Below the pieces are notes generated by a model that worked only from the letters and a program-made list of their open reading frames with translations, was not told the DNA's origin and ran no database searches. A program made the position numbers and the translations under genes. From contig OX597823.1 in assembly GCA_951406725.2 (NCBI GenBank), forward strand, positions 34,720,001 to 34,784,000: 64,000 nucleotides of DNA, written 5' to 3'. Origin of the DNA: Octopus vulgaris. Its lineage: Eukaryota. Shown piece by piece: positions 50,807 through 64,000 of the stretch (positions are counted from its first letter, which is position 1; each line of letters starts with the position of its first letter).

Positions 50807-52746
50807 TTAAATGCTGTCATTTAAGCAGTAAACTCAATAGACATAAAGCATGGCACTAGATAAACGATTGCTCTCAGACATTCAATCTTTTAAAGGTTTA
50901 TTCCAATAGAGTTGACTGCAGGTCAATGCAAAACAATTACAAGTGCAACAAGTAGTTCTAAATTTGTGTAAAAAATGTTGAACATCAGCAGATTGAAGTG
51001 TAAAAACAGTAAAAGGGACCTACCTACACCAACTTTTCTATAAGTGTCGGGAAAGGCAGAGTGCTGGCAGAATCATTAGCCCGCTGGACAAATTGCTTAG
51101 TGGTATTTCACCCATCACTATGTTCTGAGTTCAAATTCCACCAAGGTCAACTTTACCATTCAACCTTTCAGGGTCAATAAATTAAGTACCAGTGAAATAC
51201 TGGTGTTAATGTAATCTATTTAATCCCCTCCCCCCAAGCTGCCCTTGTGGCAAAAATTTGAAATCATTATTAGTGTAGAGATGTCCCAAAATATATCCAT
51301 TTTCCATTTTGGTAGAATACTTTGCAGGCACATTTATCTTTCTTTCCATTAAAGATGGATGAAAGTTGAGCCCAAAACAGCTTACAGAAAATAAGAATTT
51401 CACTCCCCTATCACATGGTTTGGGGTTCAGTCCCATTGTGTGGTACCTTCTACTTTAGTCTTGAGATGATCGAAGCCTTGTGAGTGGATTTGGTAGATGG
51501 ATAGTTGGAATTTACAGAAAAACAAAAGATGAAGACAGGTGTATAAACAACAAACAGGTGTATTAATTTAATGCTTGAGAAGGTGAGAAAGTCTTTTACG
51601 TTTCGAGCTTACACTCTTCAAAAGAAAGGAACACGAGGAAATAAACAGAGAGAGAATAAAAAAGCACTTTTGGAGCTAGCAGTTAATCATGGCAGGACAG
51701 ATGGAAACTGAAAGAAACCCATTCTGAATGTATGTATGTATGTGTGTGAGAAGGAGGTGTGTGAGAAGGAGGTGTGTGAGAATGAGGTGTGTGAGGAGGA
51801 GGTGTGTGAGTGGTTGATTCTGCATCCTTGTCATAGCTGCAAATGAGTGTCACTATCATACAACTGATGTCTGCCATTCATTTCCAGTCTTTCGTGAAAA
51901 CAAATCTGATGAAAGGGAAATACTAGTTTGCATGCAAGCAAGTGAGGGATGGGAACAGGAAAGGCACCCAGCTGTAGAAAATTAGTCTCAACAAATTCCA
52001 TCTGACCTGTAAAAGTGCTGAAAAGTGGATGTCCAAATTAGTGGTGGTGATGGTGGTGATGGTGGTGATGGTGGTGGCAGTGGTGGCGGGTTGGCAGTGG
52101 CAATGACAATAGTGCTGACACTGATAATGACTGGCTGATATTTAACTGAGAGAACATGTGTAGCTCTGATGGTATGAGAGATGTATGATGACCATGATGA
52201 CGGAAAGCGAGAGACATTATTGATGAAAACCATAGATATAGAGATGGTTTTATAGCTTTAAAGTTAATTTAGAGCAAAGATATTGTTTTGTATAGAAAAA
52301 GAAATACATAATCAATATCCTTTATGAACATCAATAAAAGGGAAATAAACAGTTGTACTGAATGGAAGAGTAGATGAATGGAACCCATTTAAAAACCAGT
52401 TTAAAATCAGAACAACAGCTTATAATACTTCAATACTTATTAATAAAACAACACTATTATAATTGGTTTTTGAGAGATAATGTATAATGGAATCAAAGCA
52501 TTATAGAATAGGGTCTTTTTGCTGAAATCTCTGAATAAATCAGTTGGACTTGAGGAGCTCCCAATAACTTAAAACACACAAAGATACTTTGTTACTATAT
52601 TTATGCTTTGAAACTGACAATATATCCTCTGTATGCAATGATGGGACTCAAAGGGTTCACAACTGTTCACTTACACTGGTTATTAAAATTACAGAAGTTC
52701 ATAGAACCGGTTTTTAAATTCTCTGTCTTACAATATAATGACTAAC

Positions 52747-52868
52747 CTTTGTGAGAGAAGCAAAGAAGATGTGTCCCCTTCAATGGATGAATAAAATTTG
52801 ATACAAGGGATCAACTAGTGGCTCCCAAGGGACCAACTTCTGGTCCTCAGAGAAAGGATTGAAGTCAA
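52747..52868 (-). other. Candidate non-coding 5'UTR exon (122 nt)
   Basis: Acceptor ATTTTTAAG| and donor AAAG|GTTAGT in unique sequence. Stops in all three frames and no ATG. Confidence 0.4.
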
Positions 52869-53693
52869 CTTAAAAATAATTTGTCAAGAGGTTAATCCAG
52901 CACAATGTATATAACTTACTTATAATTAATTTAATACACTGAACACATAAATGATTATCTTAGTTTACAAATGCATATGCATACGCAAGTGTGTGTGTGT
53001 GTGCATGTGAGTATGTAAAAATCTGAGGGATATATATTATCCTTATTTGAATATTTTCTGTTAGTATGTGTATGAGGGTATTGATTATGTTCCTTTAGAG
53101 AAGCAAGTACACTCTTTAGCTTCATGCATTGGACACCCTTTAGTTCCTTGTTCTAAGAAAGTCTATGGGTATTTGGTTCTACCTCCTTTGTACACCACAT
53201 GACAAATACCAAGCCAGATACCTGCCCCCAATGCAAATTCACCTAAACAAAGTTCATGGATCCAATTAATAATGTTTTCTGATACAGATGCAAGGACAGC
53301 CATTTCGAGGGGAGGGGATAAGTCAATTACATCAACCTCAATATTTGACCTTTACTTTATTTCCTTAAACCCAGATCTATAAAAGACAAAGTTGACCTTG
53401 ATGTGATTTGAACTAAAAGTATAAAATACCAGAACAAATACCGCAAGGCATATTTTACTGGTGCTCTAATGTTTCTGCCAGCTTACTGCCTTAATAATCC
53501 AATTAATCTAATTAATAATATATGGCTCTCAATTCAACTTCTATTAATCCTCCCTATGAGTACAAATCACTCATTAAAAAGCACTCAATCCATAGACCTG
53601 AGTACATAAATAGTGTCTACAACAGCAGAACTCTGAGCCTCACAAAGCATCAATGGAATTTCAATTTCAAAGTCACTATCAAATTTTTTTCTT

Positions 53694-53732
<39 letters not shown>

Positions 53733-53971
53733 TGTGTGTGTGTGTGTGCATGCGTGCATAGGCACAAACATGGCTGCGTAGTTAAGAAGCACACTTTGTA
53801 ACCATGTGGATTTAGGTTCAGTTCCAATGCCCAATACCTTGGACAAGTGTCTTCTACAATAGCCCCAAGCCATCAAATGCCTTGTGAATGAATTCGGTAG
53901 ACAGAAGCACTGTGGAAGCCAAATATATATACATACATACATATATATGTAACAATAGTGAAATTAATTAA

Positions 53972-54087
<116 letters not shown>

Positions 54088-54420
54088 CATACATACATAC
54101 ATACATAAATATATATATATATATATGTAAGTATGTATGTATGTATGTATGTATGTATGTATGTATGCATGCATGTATGTATGTATGTATGTATGTATGT
54201 ATGTATGCATGTATGTATGTATGTATATAGCATTCTACAATGTTTTTATCCAACTTTATTCAACTACCACTTATTGGTCATTTTTTAATGAACTCTATTA
54301 CCCTTTGATGTAAGGCTTTGTTTCCACACCAGGAATTTCTTTCCTAATTCTACTATCGATCTAGTTATAAGGTCATCAGCAGAGAGAAGTTCCCGTAGGC
54401 AGCCAATCTTAAACAAGCAA

Positions 54421-54456
<36 letters not shown>

Positions 54457-54930
54457 ATAGCCAAGTAGTTAGGGTGTTGCATACATAATCAAGTGATTGT
54501 GATTTCAATTCTTAGACTGGATAGTGTGTTGTGTTCTTAAGCAATATACTTCATGTCACATTGCTCTGACGTATGGTACACAGTGCACCTGTTCAGATAA
54601 CATCGATTTGATGGAGGGACAGGTGAGCTAATGTGCAGCATGGCCATTTGATCACTATAAACAAATCATTGGTGCAGGTTGTGCAACAAAAACTAAACAC
54701 TCATGTAGCATCTTCAATGGCAGAGTCCATCATCATATAATATATATATATATATATATATAAAGGTAAGCAGAGTTAGTGGTTGTAGTAACCGACTAAG
54801 AGATAATAGTATTCTGTATTTACTACCTGTATCATTTACCTGTGCTATCCTTGGGCATGGGTATGATGCAAGCACGCTATGCTCATAGGGTAGAGGTAAT
54901 AACTGAATAAACAAAAGTTTATCAGAAATC

Positions 54931-55120
54931 AAATTTAAATAAGCAGAAAATGGAAAAACTTTTGATCAACAAACAAATTAAACCACAATGATTGATTATT
55001 TTTTAATACAAAACATGACATGTCATGTTATGTCATGTTTTGTATTAAAAAATAATCAATCCTTGTGGTTCAATTTGTTTGTTGATCAAAAGTTTTTCCA
55101 CTTTCTGCTTATTTAAATTT
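54931..55120. repeat. Near-perfect ~90-bp-stem hairpin
   Basis: AAATTTAAATAAGCAGAAAATGGAAAAACTTTTGATCAACAAACAAATT...TACAAAACATGACAT is directly followed by its reverse complement. Confidence 0.9.
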
Positions 55121-55146
55121 TATATCTATCTATCTATCTATCTATC

Positions 55147-55213
<67 letters not shown>

Positions 55214-55559
55214 CAAGAGAGAAGGTGGAGATAAGATTAGAGGTTTATATATCCTCACTTGTACTTTAATATATATATATATGAAGCAACAAAAAGAGTA
55301 CATGGAATTTGCCATGGGCAGTGGAGTATCCAACAGTCTTTCTGCAAAAGTTGACATGACAGTAAGTAAAGGAAGAAAACAGCAGAGTTGTACATTGTCT
55401 ATATTTGAGCAAAGGCATGCAAATGATGGGAAATCCAAAACACAGTTATCTTGCATTTATAAATAAGAAGTTGTAGGAGAGAGAAGAAGAAGGAGAAAGC
55501 AATGACCAGAGGAAGAGAAGCTGGTGAGGGTGAGTGAGAGGGAAAGGTTGAGGTGAGAT

Positions 55560-56150
55560 GGGTGCCAAAAATATAAGAATGGAATCACAGAACAAAAAGG
55601 AGTGAAGGGAAAATGTTTATGTAACCCTGCCAGAATCATGGTTCCAAGTTTGAATGTGGAATGTTTCTTCTATATATGGGTAATGGAATGGTTCATTTTG
55701 TTAAAATGGGTGGTGACAGGCTTGCCAGGAATGTGCACTAGCATGCTTCAAATGGTGCTCATGAAAGGGACCAGCAAGGTGACATTCCCTTTCCTCAATG
55801 CACTGTAAATGGGAACTATAATGCTGGTTACTATGAGGTTGCTAAGGTTCCTATCTAAAAAGGGATGATGCAAGAAAGATCAGAGCAGGGTCAAAGAGTA
55901 GGAGTTAGAAGTTGCAGATGAGTGTAATCTTCAAAGGGAAGTTGGATGAATGGAAGAGGAGGGAGAGAGAAGAAATTTAATGTATAGGTATGTGTAGAAA
56001 GGGTAGAAAAGCAGTAGTGAGGTCAATGACCTGGTCCCTATAATGTGCAAAGTCTACAAATGACCAAGGGTAGCTTTGATTGGGATTCAAGACCCAGTTC
56101 AGTGCTGCAGAGTGGGCAAAGCTGGAAAAATTGAGAAAATGGTAAGGCAG
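55560..56150 (-). mobile_element. Highly decayed Penelope-like fragment
   Basis: Minus remnants ..FHEH...PGKPVTTHFNKMNHS (GIY-YIG C-terminal part) and SYPWSFVD. Confidence 0.45.
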
Positions 56151-56315
56151 CTTTAGTCTACTGGAGATGAGAAGGGAACTCTTTTCACCTCCCAATTCCT
56201 TAAACATACTACCACCCTACCACCGGACTCCTCAGATTCTGTTTTATCTTACACACACACACACACACACACACACTCTCACTCACTCACACACATGCAC
56301 ACACACGCACGCGTG

Positions 56316-56346
<31 letters not shown>

Positions 56347-56699
56347 ACACACACACACACATGCTCACACACACGCACACGTGCACACGTGCATACACTC
56401 ACTCACACATACACACACACATGCACTCACACACATGCACATGCACACATTCTCACACATACACACACACATGCACTCACACACATGCACACATTCTCAC
56501 ACATACACATAAATTCTCTCTCTCTCTCTCACACACACACACATACACATGCACTCACACACACACAACGCACATATGTTGGTGTAGAAAACTTTATCTG
56601 ATTACAAGTTTGAACCTGTTGAAAGCTGTTTATTATAAAATTTATAAACCTCGATGGCATTTACTGATGCTAATCATTTCATGATGATTTATCAGAGCA

Positions 56700-57765
56700 A
56701 CAAGCATATTTTAAGATGATAATTTTCAATATGAAGAATCTCTCATGGAATCAAGCAAAGACCAATCACATTATGCTTTAATAGTTTCAAGATTCTACAG
56801 CAAGTGAAACAGTGAAATATGTCTGAAAAGATCCAGAAAATGAAAGGACTTTCAGAAAGAGGTCTCAAAATTTCAAATTTGGCAATTTTAATTTGTTTGA
56901 CAAGCATAAATCAGGACATTCTTCCAAATTGGATGATGAATTGCTTGAGACAACGCTTGCAAGGAATCTTGTTATAAAAGTGATTGAACTTTTCACTGAA
57001 TTGGTATTATAACCAATTCTAATCATTTAGAGAATCAAGGAAAAATTTCAAAGTGGAGAAAATAGACACTCCATAATCTTTCAACAACAAAGCCTCCAAG
57101 TCTTGACTTCCAGGAATCACTCTAAAGATGTAACCTCCAAACACTATCTTTAAACCGAATCATGATTGGAAGAGAGAAATATCACCTTCATGGGGTGGGG
57201 TGGAGTGGGGGTGGGGCGGGGGCTTCACTAACAGAAACTTATATTGAACATTCAGTTGCAACAGGAAGGAATTATTCAGTATGAGATTTTAAGATTAAAT
57301 CTAACAATATCTTCTGAAGTCTACTGTTAGCAACTTCATTGCTCGAAGACTGTTTTGGATAGAAAATGTCCTGCCTAAATACACTGCTTCACTTCCTACT
57401 GTTGAAGATAGTAAACAAATATTTTGGAATTGTCCAGATGGGAAAAACATGCTACACCCTCCATATTCTCCTAACCTTGCTCCACCAGACTTCCATTTAT
57501 TTGATGAGGAAAATATGGCCAGCATGGATGACATAAAACATAAATTAAATATATTAATTCAAAACACAAGGAATTTTTTATATCAAGCATTCAAAAATTT
57601 ACTTAAAAATTGAGAGAAATGATAGAAAATTAAGGAAATCATAAATCATAAATCATAAATCATAAACTAAGGAAATCATAAAGCTAATTAAATTTGCAGT
57701 ATTAAATATCATGGCTGAACATCTAAATATATACTACAAATACAACAGGACTTTCTATGCACCAC
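56700..57765 (+). mobile_element. Highly decayed mariner transposon
   Basis: LHPPYSPNLAPPDFHLF at ~57452-57503. The supplied minus ORF 57301-57534 is its antisense shadow. Confidence 0.7.
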
Positions 57766-57831
57766 ACACGTATGCACACGCACACATGCACATATATTGA
57801 TATATAATATAGTTTTATATATATGCATATC

Positions 57832-57839
<8 letters not shown>

Positions 57840-57863
<24 letters not shown>

Positions 57864-58070
57864 TTAACATCCCCTTTTCCATGCTTGCATGGGTTGGACA
57901 GAATTCGTTGAGGCAGATTTTCTACAGTTGGATGCCCTTCATGTTGCCAACACTCATCTATTTCCAAGCAAGGTAACTATTTCCCCATTGCCAGGCAAGT
58001 TCTTGTAGAATGTTGAAAATAAATGACACTGCTTCTATGACAGTGGCACTCATTTACAGCCATCATACAC
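57840..58070 (-). mobile_element. SINE family D with a (GAT)n tail; copies at ~35250-35420, ~36900-37080, ~38545-38720 and ~46100-46280
   Basis: Shared (ATC)n-ATTTAACATCC...CCATGC...GCATGGGTTGGA...GGATGCCCTTC..A.GCCAACCAC. Confidence 0.65.
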
Positions 58071-58195
58071 ACACACACATGTATACAATAGGCTTCTTTC
58101 TGTTTTCATCAACCAAATCCACTCACAAAGCTTTAGCCAGCTTGGGACTATAGCAGGAGACAGACGGACAGACAGACAGATAAATAGATGGAGAT

Positions 58196-58317
<122 letters not shown>

Positions 58318-58785
58318 CAGATACATACATACATATATACATACATACATATATACATACATACATACATACATACATAGGAAGGTAAATCGATAGATAG
58401 ATAGATAGATATAGATAGAAGTAATACTTGTTGCCATTTCAACAAGGCTGTTCCATACAAACCGACATTACTACATGGCCTTACTACATGAAGTGGCAGC
58501 AAACCTTACTTCTCAGTATAGTTAATACTTTCGTCTCTTTTAGAGGTTTTCTGACTAACTATTTCCTTTATACACACACATCCTTATGGGGAAGGCCAGT
58601 TTATAGGGTTACCTTAGGTTTCCTGTCCATAAAGGGTTTAACTTTATGGCATATTGTCAGATCCCAAAACCTGTTGGCCCAAGACCTCTTAAAAAAAGGC
58701 CCTTAAACCAACCTTCCCCATTTTTAATATATACTGCTCTATATCTTAGAGTGTGCTTTTTCTTTCGGATTTATGTTTCTTACAG

Positions 58786-58824
<39 letters not shown>

Positions 58825-59451
58825 TTGAAAAAATAGTACTTGAATACTGAAGGTAGAGTAATATGCATTTTTTATGAAAGCTGCAAAAACATCTCAAACT
58901 GCTTCTCAGAATTTTACGTTGCCATTCTCTCCCTCTCATATTCCTAGCCTTTCTCTTTTTCCTTCAACCCTTTCTTCTTTTTCTCTGTCGCTCTCTCTCC
59001 CTCTCTCTCTTGCTACTTTCCTCCTCAGCCCATCACTGTCACATGACCCATGGACAGTTCCCCTTTTTCTTCCTTTCTTACACTGGTCCCGCAGCTGACC
59101 ATTCACAAATTCTCTGTCTCTCCGTTCGCCATCCTTCAAGACATTCTAAGCGTTACCCTCAATTTTCATCTCTTGGACCCTAAGGCCATATTTTGTTCGA
59201 CTGCTCATTCTCATCCATTGTCCTAAATCCCATCCTGTGCCATTTTGCTTGTTTTGTTTTGTTTTGCTCTCATCCCTAATTCTCTGCAACAAAACATCTT
59301 TGCGGGCACAGCCAATTAGGAAACACTCAGACTTACGGTGCAAAACTGAGTACCACCAGTTTTTTGTAGTCAACAAAATCAAAAACAAACAATGCACATG
59401 CACGAAATTAGAAATACAAAATGGTGACAATTTATCCATCACACCCTGTAT

Positions 59452-59490
<39 letters not shown>

Positions 59491-59721
59491 CACACACACA
59501 CATTTTCTACCTATTTCATATCTTATCTGAATTAACTATTGCTTAACCATCTGCTAACACCGTCTCCGAAAAAAATTTTTATATACACACGCTGATATAT
59601 GGCCTACGTTGGACTCCTTATTCACATAATCACCTGGAACTTAACTATGGTCTATCTATAGCACTTACTCAGCACATTACCTGACACCTTTGGGTTTCAC
59701 TGACATCATTACCTCTCATAA

Positions 59722-59833
<112 letters not shown>

Positions 59834-60396
59834 TAGATAGATATACACAAACACACATACACACACAGCTTAAATTCTGCATTATTTTGAAGGATTTTTT
59901 TGCACTTTGCATTAATGCAGTTATGTAAGTAATTCGTTTATTATTAAGTATAAGAATATAAATTATTTACATGTTTTTAAGTTACAAAACAATTTGTTGT
60001 AATATTAGAATTTTCTTATTGTCAAATAAAATTTCACTATACTATTTCTCTCATTATTTATAACTTTATACAGTCCTTATCATGTTCTCTTATATCGCAC
60101 TATACACTGAATATGCTTTGTAGAATAATACATTAAGGAGCTGTTTTTATGAGTACTGCTGGATTACTTGAACCCATATATTTTGGCTTAAATTTATGTG
60201 TGTGTGTGTGTGTGTGTGCGTATGTATGTATATATGTATGTGTGATGTACGTATATACATATATCATCATCATCATCATCATTTAGCGTCCGCTTTCCAT
60301 GCGTTGAAATTTAAGTACCAGTTGAGTGCTGGGTGTCAATGTAATCGACTAGCCCCTTCTCGCGAAATTGCTGGCCTTGTGCCAAAATTTGAAACC

Positions 60397-60437
<41 letters not shown>

Positions 60438-60853
60438 ACTAGTTAATCATGTAACCAATTGACTTATTGATTTCTTGAATAATTATTTGGCCAATCAACC
60501 ATCTAGGTTTGCCAAAGTCCTTTTTTCATTGCTGTTTGCAAACTCATCAACGACATATACTCTCTACTCCAAGTTTGCTTGATTGATTGATCAAACAATT
60601 ATTTATTTAATTGGTTAAGCAGTTGACTAGTTGACTGATGACAATAAAAGAACTGAAATAGAAACAGTGTGTGTGTGTGTGTTTCTTATTGGTATGATGG
60701 CCCTCCCAAGATACAACAAAAACTCAATATGCAATTAGCAATAAGTTAGGATATCTAATGTTGTGACATGATAAATAGGGGATTATCAAGAATCTAAGAA
60801 AAATCACATCAAAAGAATATGAAAACACTCATTTAGCATCAGCTTAATACATG

Positions 60854-60915
<62 letters not shown>

Positions 60916-61117
60916 TGTGTGCCCAAGGATGTGTGTGTATACACACACACATATACACATCAGGGATAAAAGTGTTACATCTTATAAGTGAAAAGTAACC
61001 TTTAGAATATAAAGGAAAAAAAAACAGATTCTGATGTCAAACACGTTGAGTGTTTCTTTGATTTGCAGACACCTCAGCTATGACTAAAGGATACCTTCGT
61101 TATTTTGTGTGTATGCA

Positions 61118-61164
<47 letters not shown>

Positions 61165-61953
61165 GTTCCTTTCTCTGTACATGTGCCTGCGTGCATGTAT
61201 GCGTATATGTGTATGTGTACGTAAGTATATGTATATGTATGCATAAATATGCATGTATGCATGTACGTTTGTGTAGAAGCATAAGTATAGGTCTCTCTCT
61301 ATATATATATATGTGTGTGTGTGTATGTGTGTGTATGTATGTATGTATGTATGTATGTATGTATGTATGTATGTATGTGTGTATATATATGTATGCATGT
61401 GTGTATATGTTTGTATGTATGTATGTATGTATGTATGTATGTATGTATGTATGTATGTATGTATGTATGTATGTATGTATGTATGTATGTATGTATGTAT
61501 GTATGTATGTATGTATGTATCTGTATATATATATCAAAACGAATAAAATATTTTTTTTATAAATTCTCTGAATGCAACCAAACAATTGACGTTGGAAGGG
61601 AGTTGTTATCCAGAGATGTCCTTCGATTTATAGGGTACAAAGAAAGGGAATAAGAAAGTTTGTACCTTTCACACGTGCACTAGCGACCAGGCTGAGATGA
61701 AACAGATTCTTAAACTCGAATTACCGGGAACTGAACCGTCACCAATTGCGTCATACGATCTGTACCTTTTTTCAAAAGGTCAAAAATTTTAAAGGGACGA
61801 AAGAAAGTCGTAATTGCGTGTTTACGCATTCCCCAAAGTAAAGTAAATTTTCTTAAACCGGGGAGTGCGGTCGTCTTTCATACATTTCATTAAAGCAATT
61901 CGAAGACACAAAAATGACATGCAAGAACTGCAAAAAAAAGGTAAAAATGACCG

Positions 61954-62055
61954 ACTCACCTGAGATTTTAATTAACTACCATGTAAATAGCCCGATGTTT
62001 TGTTTGTGTATATATGTATATATGTATGTCAGTTACATAAACAGGAATACTGAAC

Positions 62056-62147
<92 letters not shown>

Positions 62148-62220
62148 TTGCGACTGCTTTTAACGGTGATTGTTGTCCCTCGCGATCACTCGCTGCAAGA
62201 GTAGGGCATCGCTCACTGAC
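61954..62220 (-). promoter_or_regulatory. Candidate first exon / promoter of the desaturase transcript
   Basis: Consensus donor CAG|GTGAGT (exon ends at 61960), Inr-like TCAGT at ~62051 and ~62217, and locally CpG-richer sequence. Confidence 0.4.
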
Positions 62221-62495
62221 GCCGTGTAAACTATCAAGACCTCGTTAGAAAAAAGATCGTGGTGTTGATGTCGATGATGACTACGATGATGACGATGATG
62301 ATGATGGTGATGCGGTGATGATGGTGATGGTATTGGTGGTGGTGGAGATGGTAGCGGTGATAGTAGTGGTGGTGGGGGGATGTTAGTGTGCTGATGTGGT
62401 GTATTTTAGTCAATAAAACAGTAAGCTGCACCACTAGTTGAAGATGGACGGATGAGGGAGGGTGGGAAGAAGTACTAGCGCGAAATACCACGAGC

Positions 62496-62526
<31 letters not shown>

Positions 62527-63408
62527 TAGCTGTTGGTGGTGTTAATAGTCATTGATGTGAATTAAAGAAATAAAAAGAAAAAAGGAAAGACTGTCAAAGG
62601 GGAAACATTGCGTTAAAGAACAATCGACAATACACACACACACAGAGGCACATACACACACTCAAGCACATGCACACACACACAAATACACACACACATA
62701 CAGGCACATACACACACATACACAGAGGCACATGCACAAATACACACACACACACACACACGCTCACACAAATGCACACACATACATGTTGTTTCACAAG
62801 TCAAGGTACGAAACTCTCGGACCTTGAGTCACTTTGTAAGTTCAGACGATGAAAATCGTGTGTGTGTGTGTGTGTGTGTGTGTAGCAGATGAAGCAGTAG
62901 CAGTAGTAGTAGCAGCAGCAGCAGCAGCAGCAGGAACAATAACAACAATAGGCATGCGGCTAATGCCGCAGGACTTCCATTCGTCAGATGTCGACTGGAA
63001 GATCTCTCTTATTCCTAACAGGGACCGGCCGAGCAATTCACCTTTACAAACAAGGCCGACGGTTCCTCTGTTTCTCAACAACCCACCCAGGTTACATGGT
63101 AAAAACCGTGTCCGTCTTAACATTGCACAGCAATTGCACCCATTTCCATTATTGTGGTATTTCCATCTACCCGGGTCATTTCTTTATTTTTTATTCGCGT
63201 ATATCTGCTATTTCTCTGCATCGAACCATCGTCTGCTGTGTTATTCTTTCGTGAGGTTTGACAGCCGGGTGGGACAACACGTAATCAACACCACCCCACC
63301 CACTGTCTATGATGCACAACTACGTCATGCTTTTACACACACACAAGGACAGACACGGGTGGAGAGGTAGTGTGTAAGTGTGTATGTATAAGAATACATG
63401 TAAGTCTA

Positions 63409-63462
<54 letters not shown>

Positions 63463-64000
63463 CGTGCGTGCGTATGTATGTGAGTGTGTGTATGAGAATA
63501 TATGTGAATCTGTGCGAGTGTACGCGTGAGGGTACGTATGTGTGTATGTATGTGCTTATATGTGTATGTGTGTGCACGTGTACGTGTGACTAAATGGATG
63601 TACGTATATATGATGTCTACTTTGCAAGCCAAAGTTGTATTTAGAGCCCACATGGAAAGTGGGGTCGGTGACACCTTCCCATCAGAAATTCACGGGTCTG
63701 CATCTTGATCTCCAGGCTTCGGACTGATGCACCAATTGAACACTCTTCTCACAATATGCGCGCGTGCGCGTGTGTACATATGTGTTTGGCCCAACATAAT
63801 GGGACCTGGAGTTGTCAGATCTCAGGATATTGGGCTTCAATAGCTAAAAAGACTGTTGTTGTTTAGCCCCCAGGTCAACACAAATCAAACAGGCCTGTGA
63901 TCAAAGACATTCCATTTGTGACCATACTGCCTTTATGTATATCTAAGACTATATTTTCTACGTTCATTTTCTATTAAGACGGTTATGTTTTCATTTGATT

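Noticed and set aside
62849-63370. 173-aa ORF with poly-Ala
   Set aside because: It starts in (TG)n and (GCA)n repeats, and the remainder has no recognisable domain or convincing splice context.

Overview
Repeat-saturated, AT-rich animal genomic DNA with one 100-N gap (10923-11022). The dense microsatellites, tRNA-derived SINE families and desaturase point to a cephalopod, most likely Octopus (inference). The only convincing host gene is a minus-strand methyl-end (omega-x; Delta12/omega-3 type) fatty acid desaturase. Nearly all of its CDS lies in one exon (30122-31233), and candidate upstream exons at 41213-41309, 52747-52868 and >=61960 imply a ~32-kb transcription unit. The rest is mostly mobile DNA: Tc1/mariner remnants (mariner, DD37D, DD41D), MITEs (Merlin-, MULE-, hAT-, piggyBac-like), Helitrons, LINE fragments (Tx1/L1, CR1, RTE, R4/Dong, HERO), Penelope-like elements with hammerhead ribozymes, and SINEs. 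Two signals stand out. (1) At 11023-15756 four non-LTR insertions are stacked head to tail, each followed by the same CCGATAG(GA)... target word: a Tx1-like LINE 3' end, a 48-bp stub and two ~1.8-kb ORF1-only elements. They share a ~45-nt 3' tail that also ends a SINE at 40214-40438. (2) At 1074-1291 a 218-bp TSD-flanked element carries a hammerhead ribozyme with a compensatory G3-C8 core. Most short ORFs in the supplied track are microsatellite artefacts. All alignments were done by eye and many repeat boundaries are approximate.
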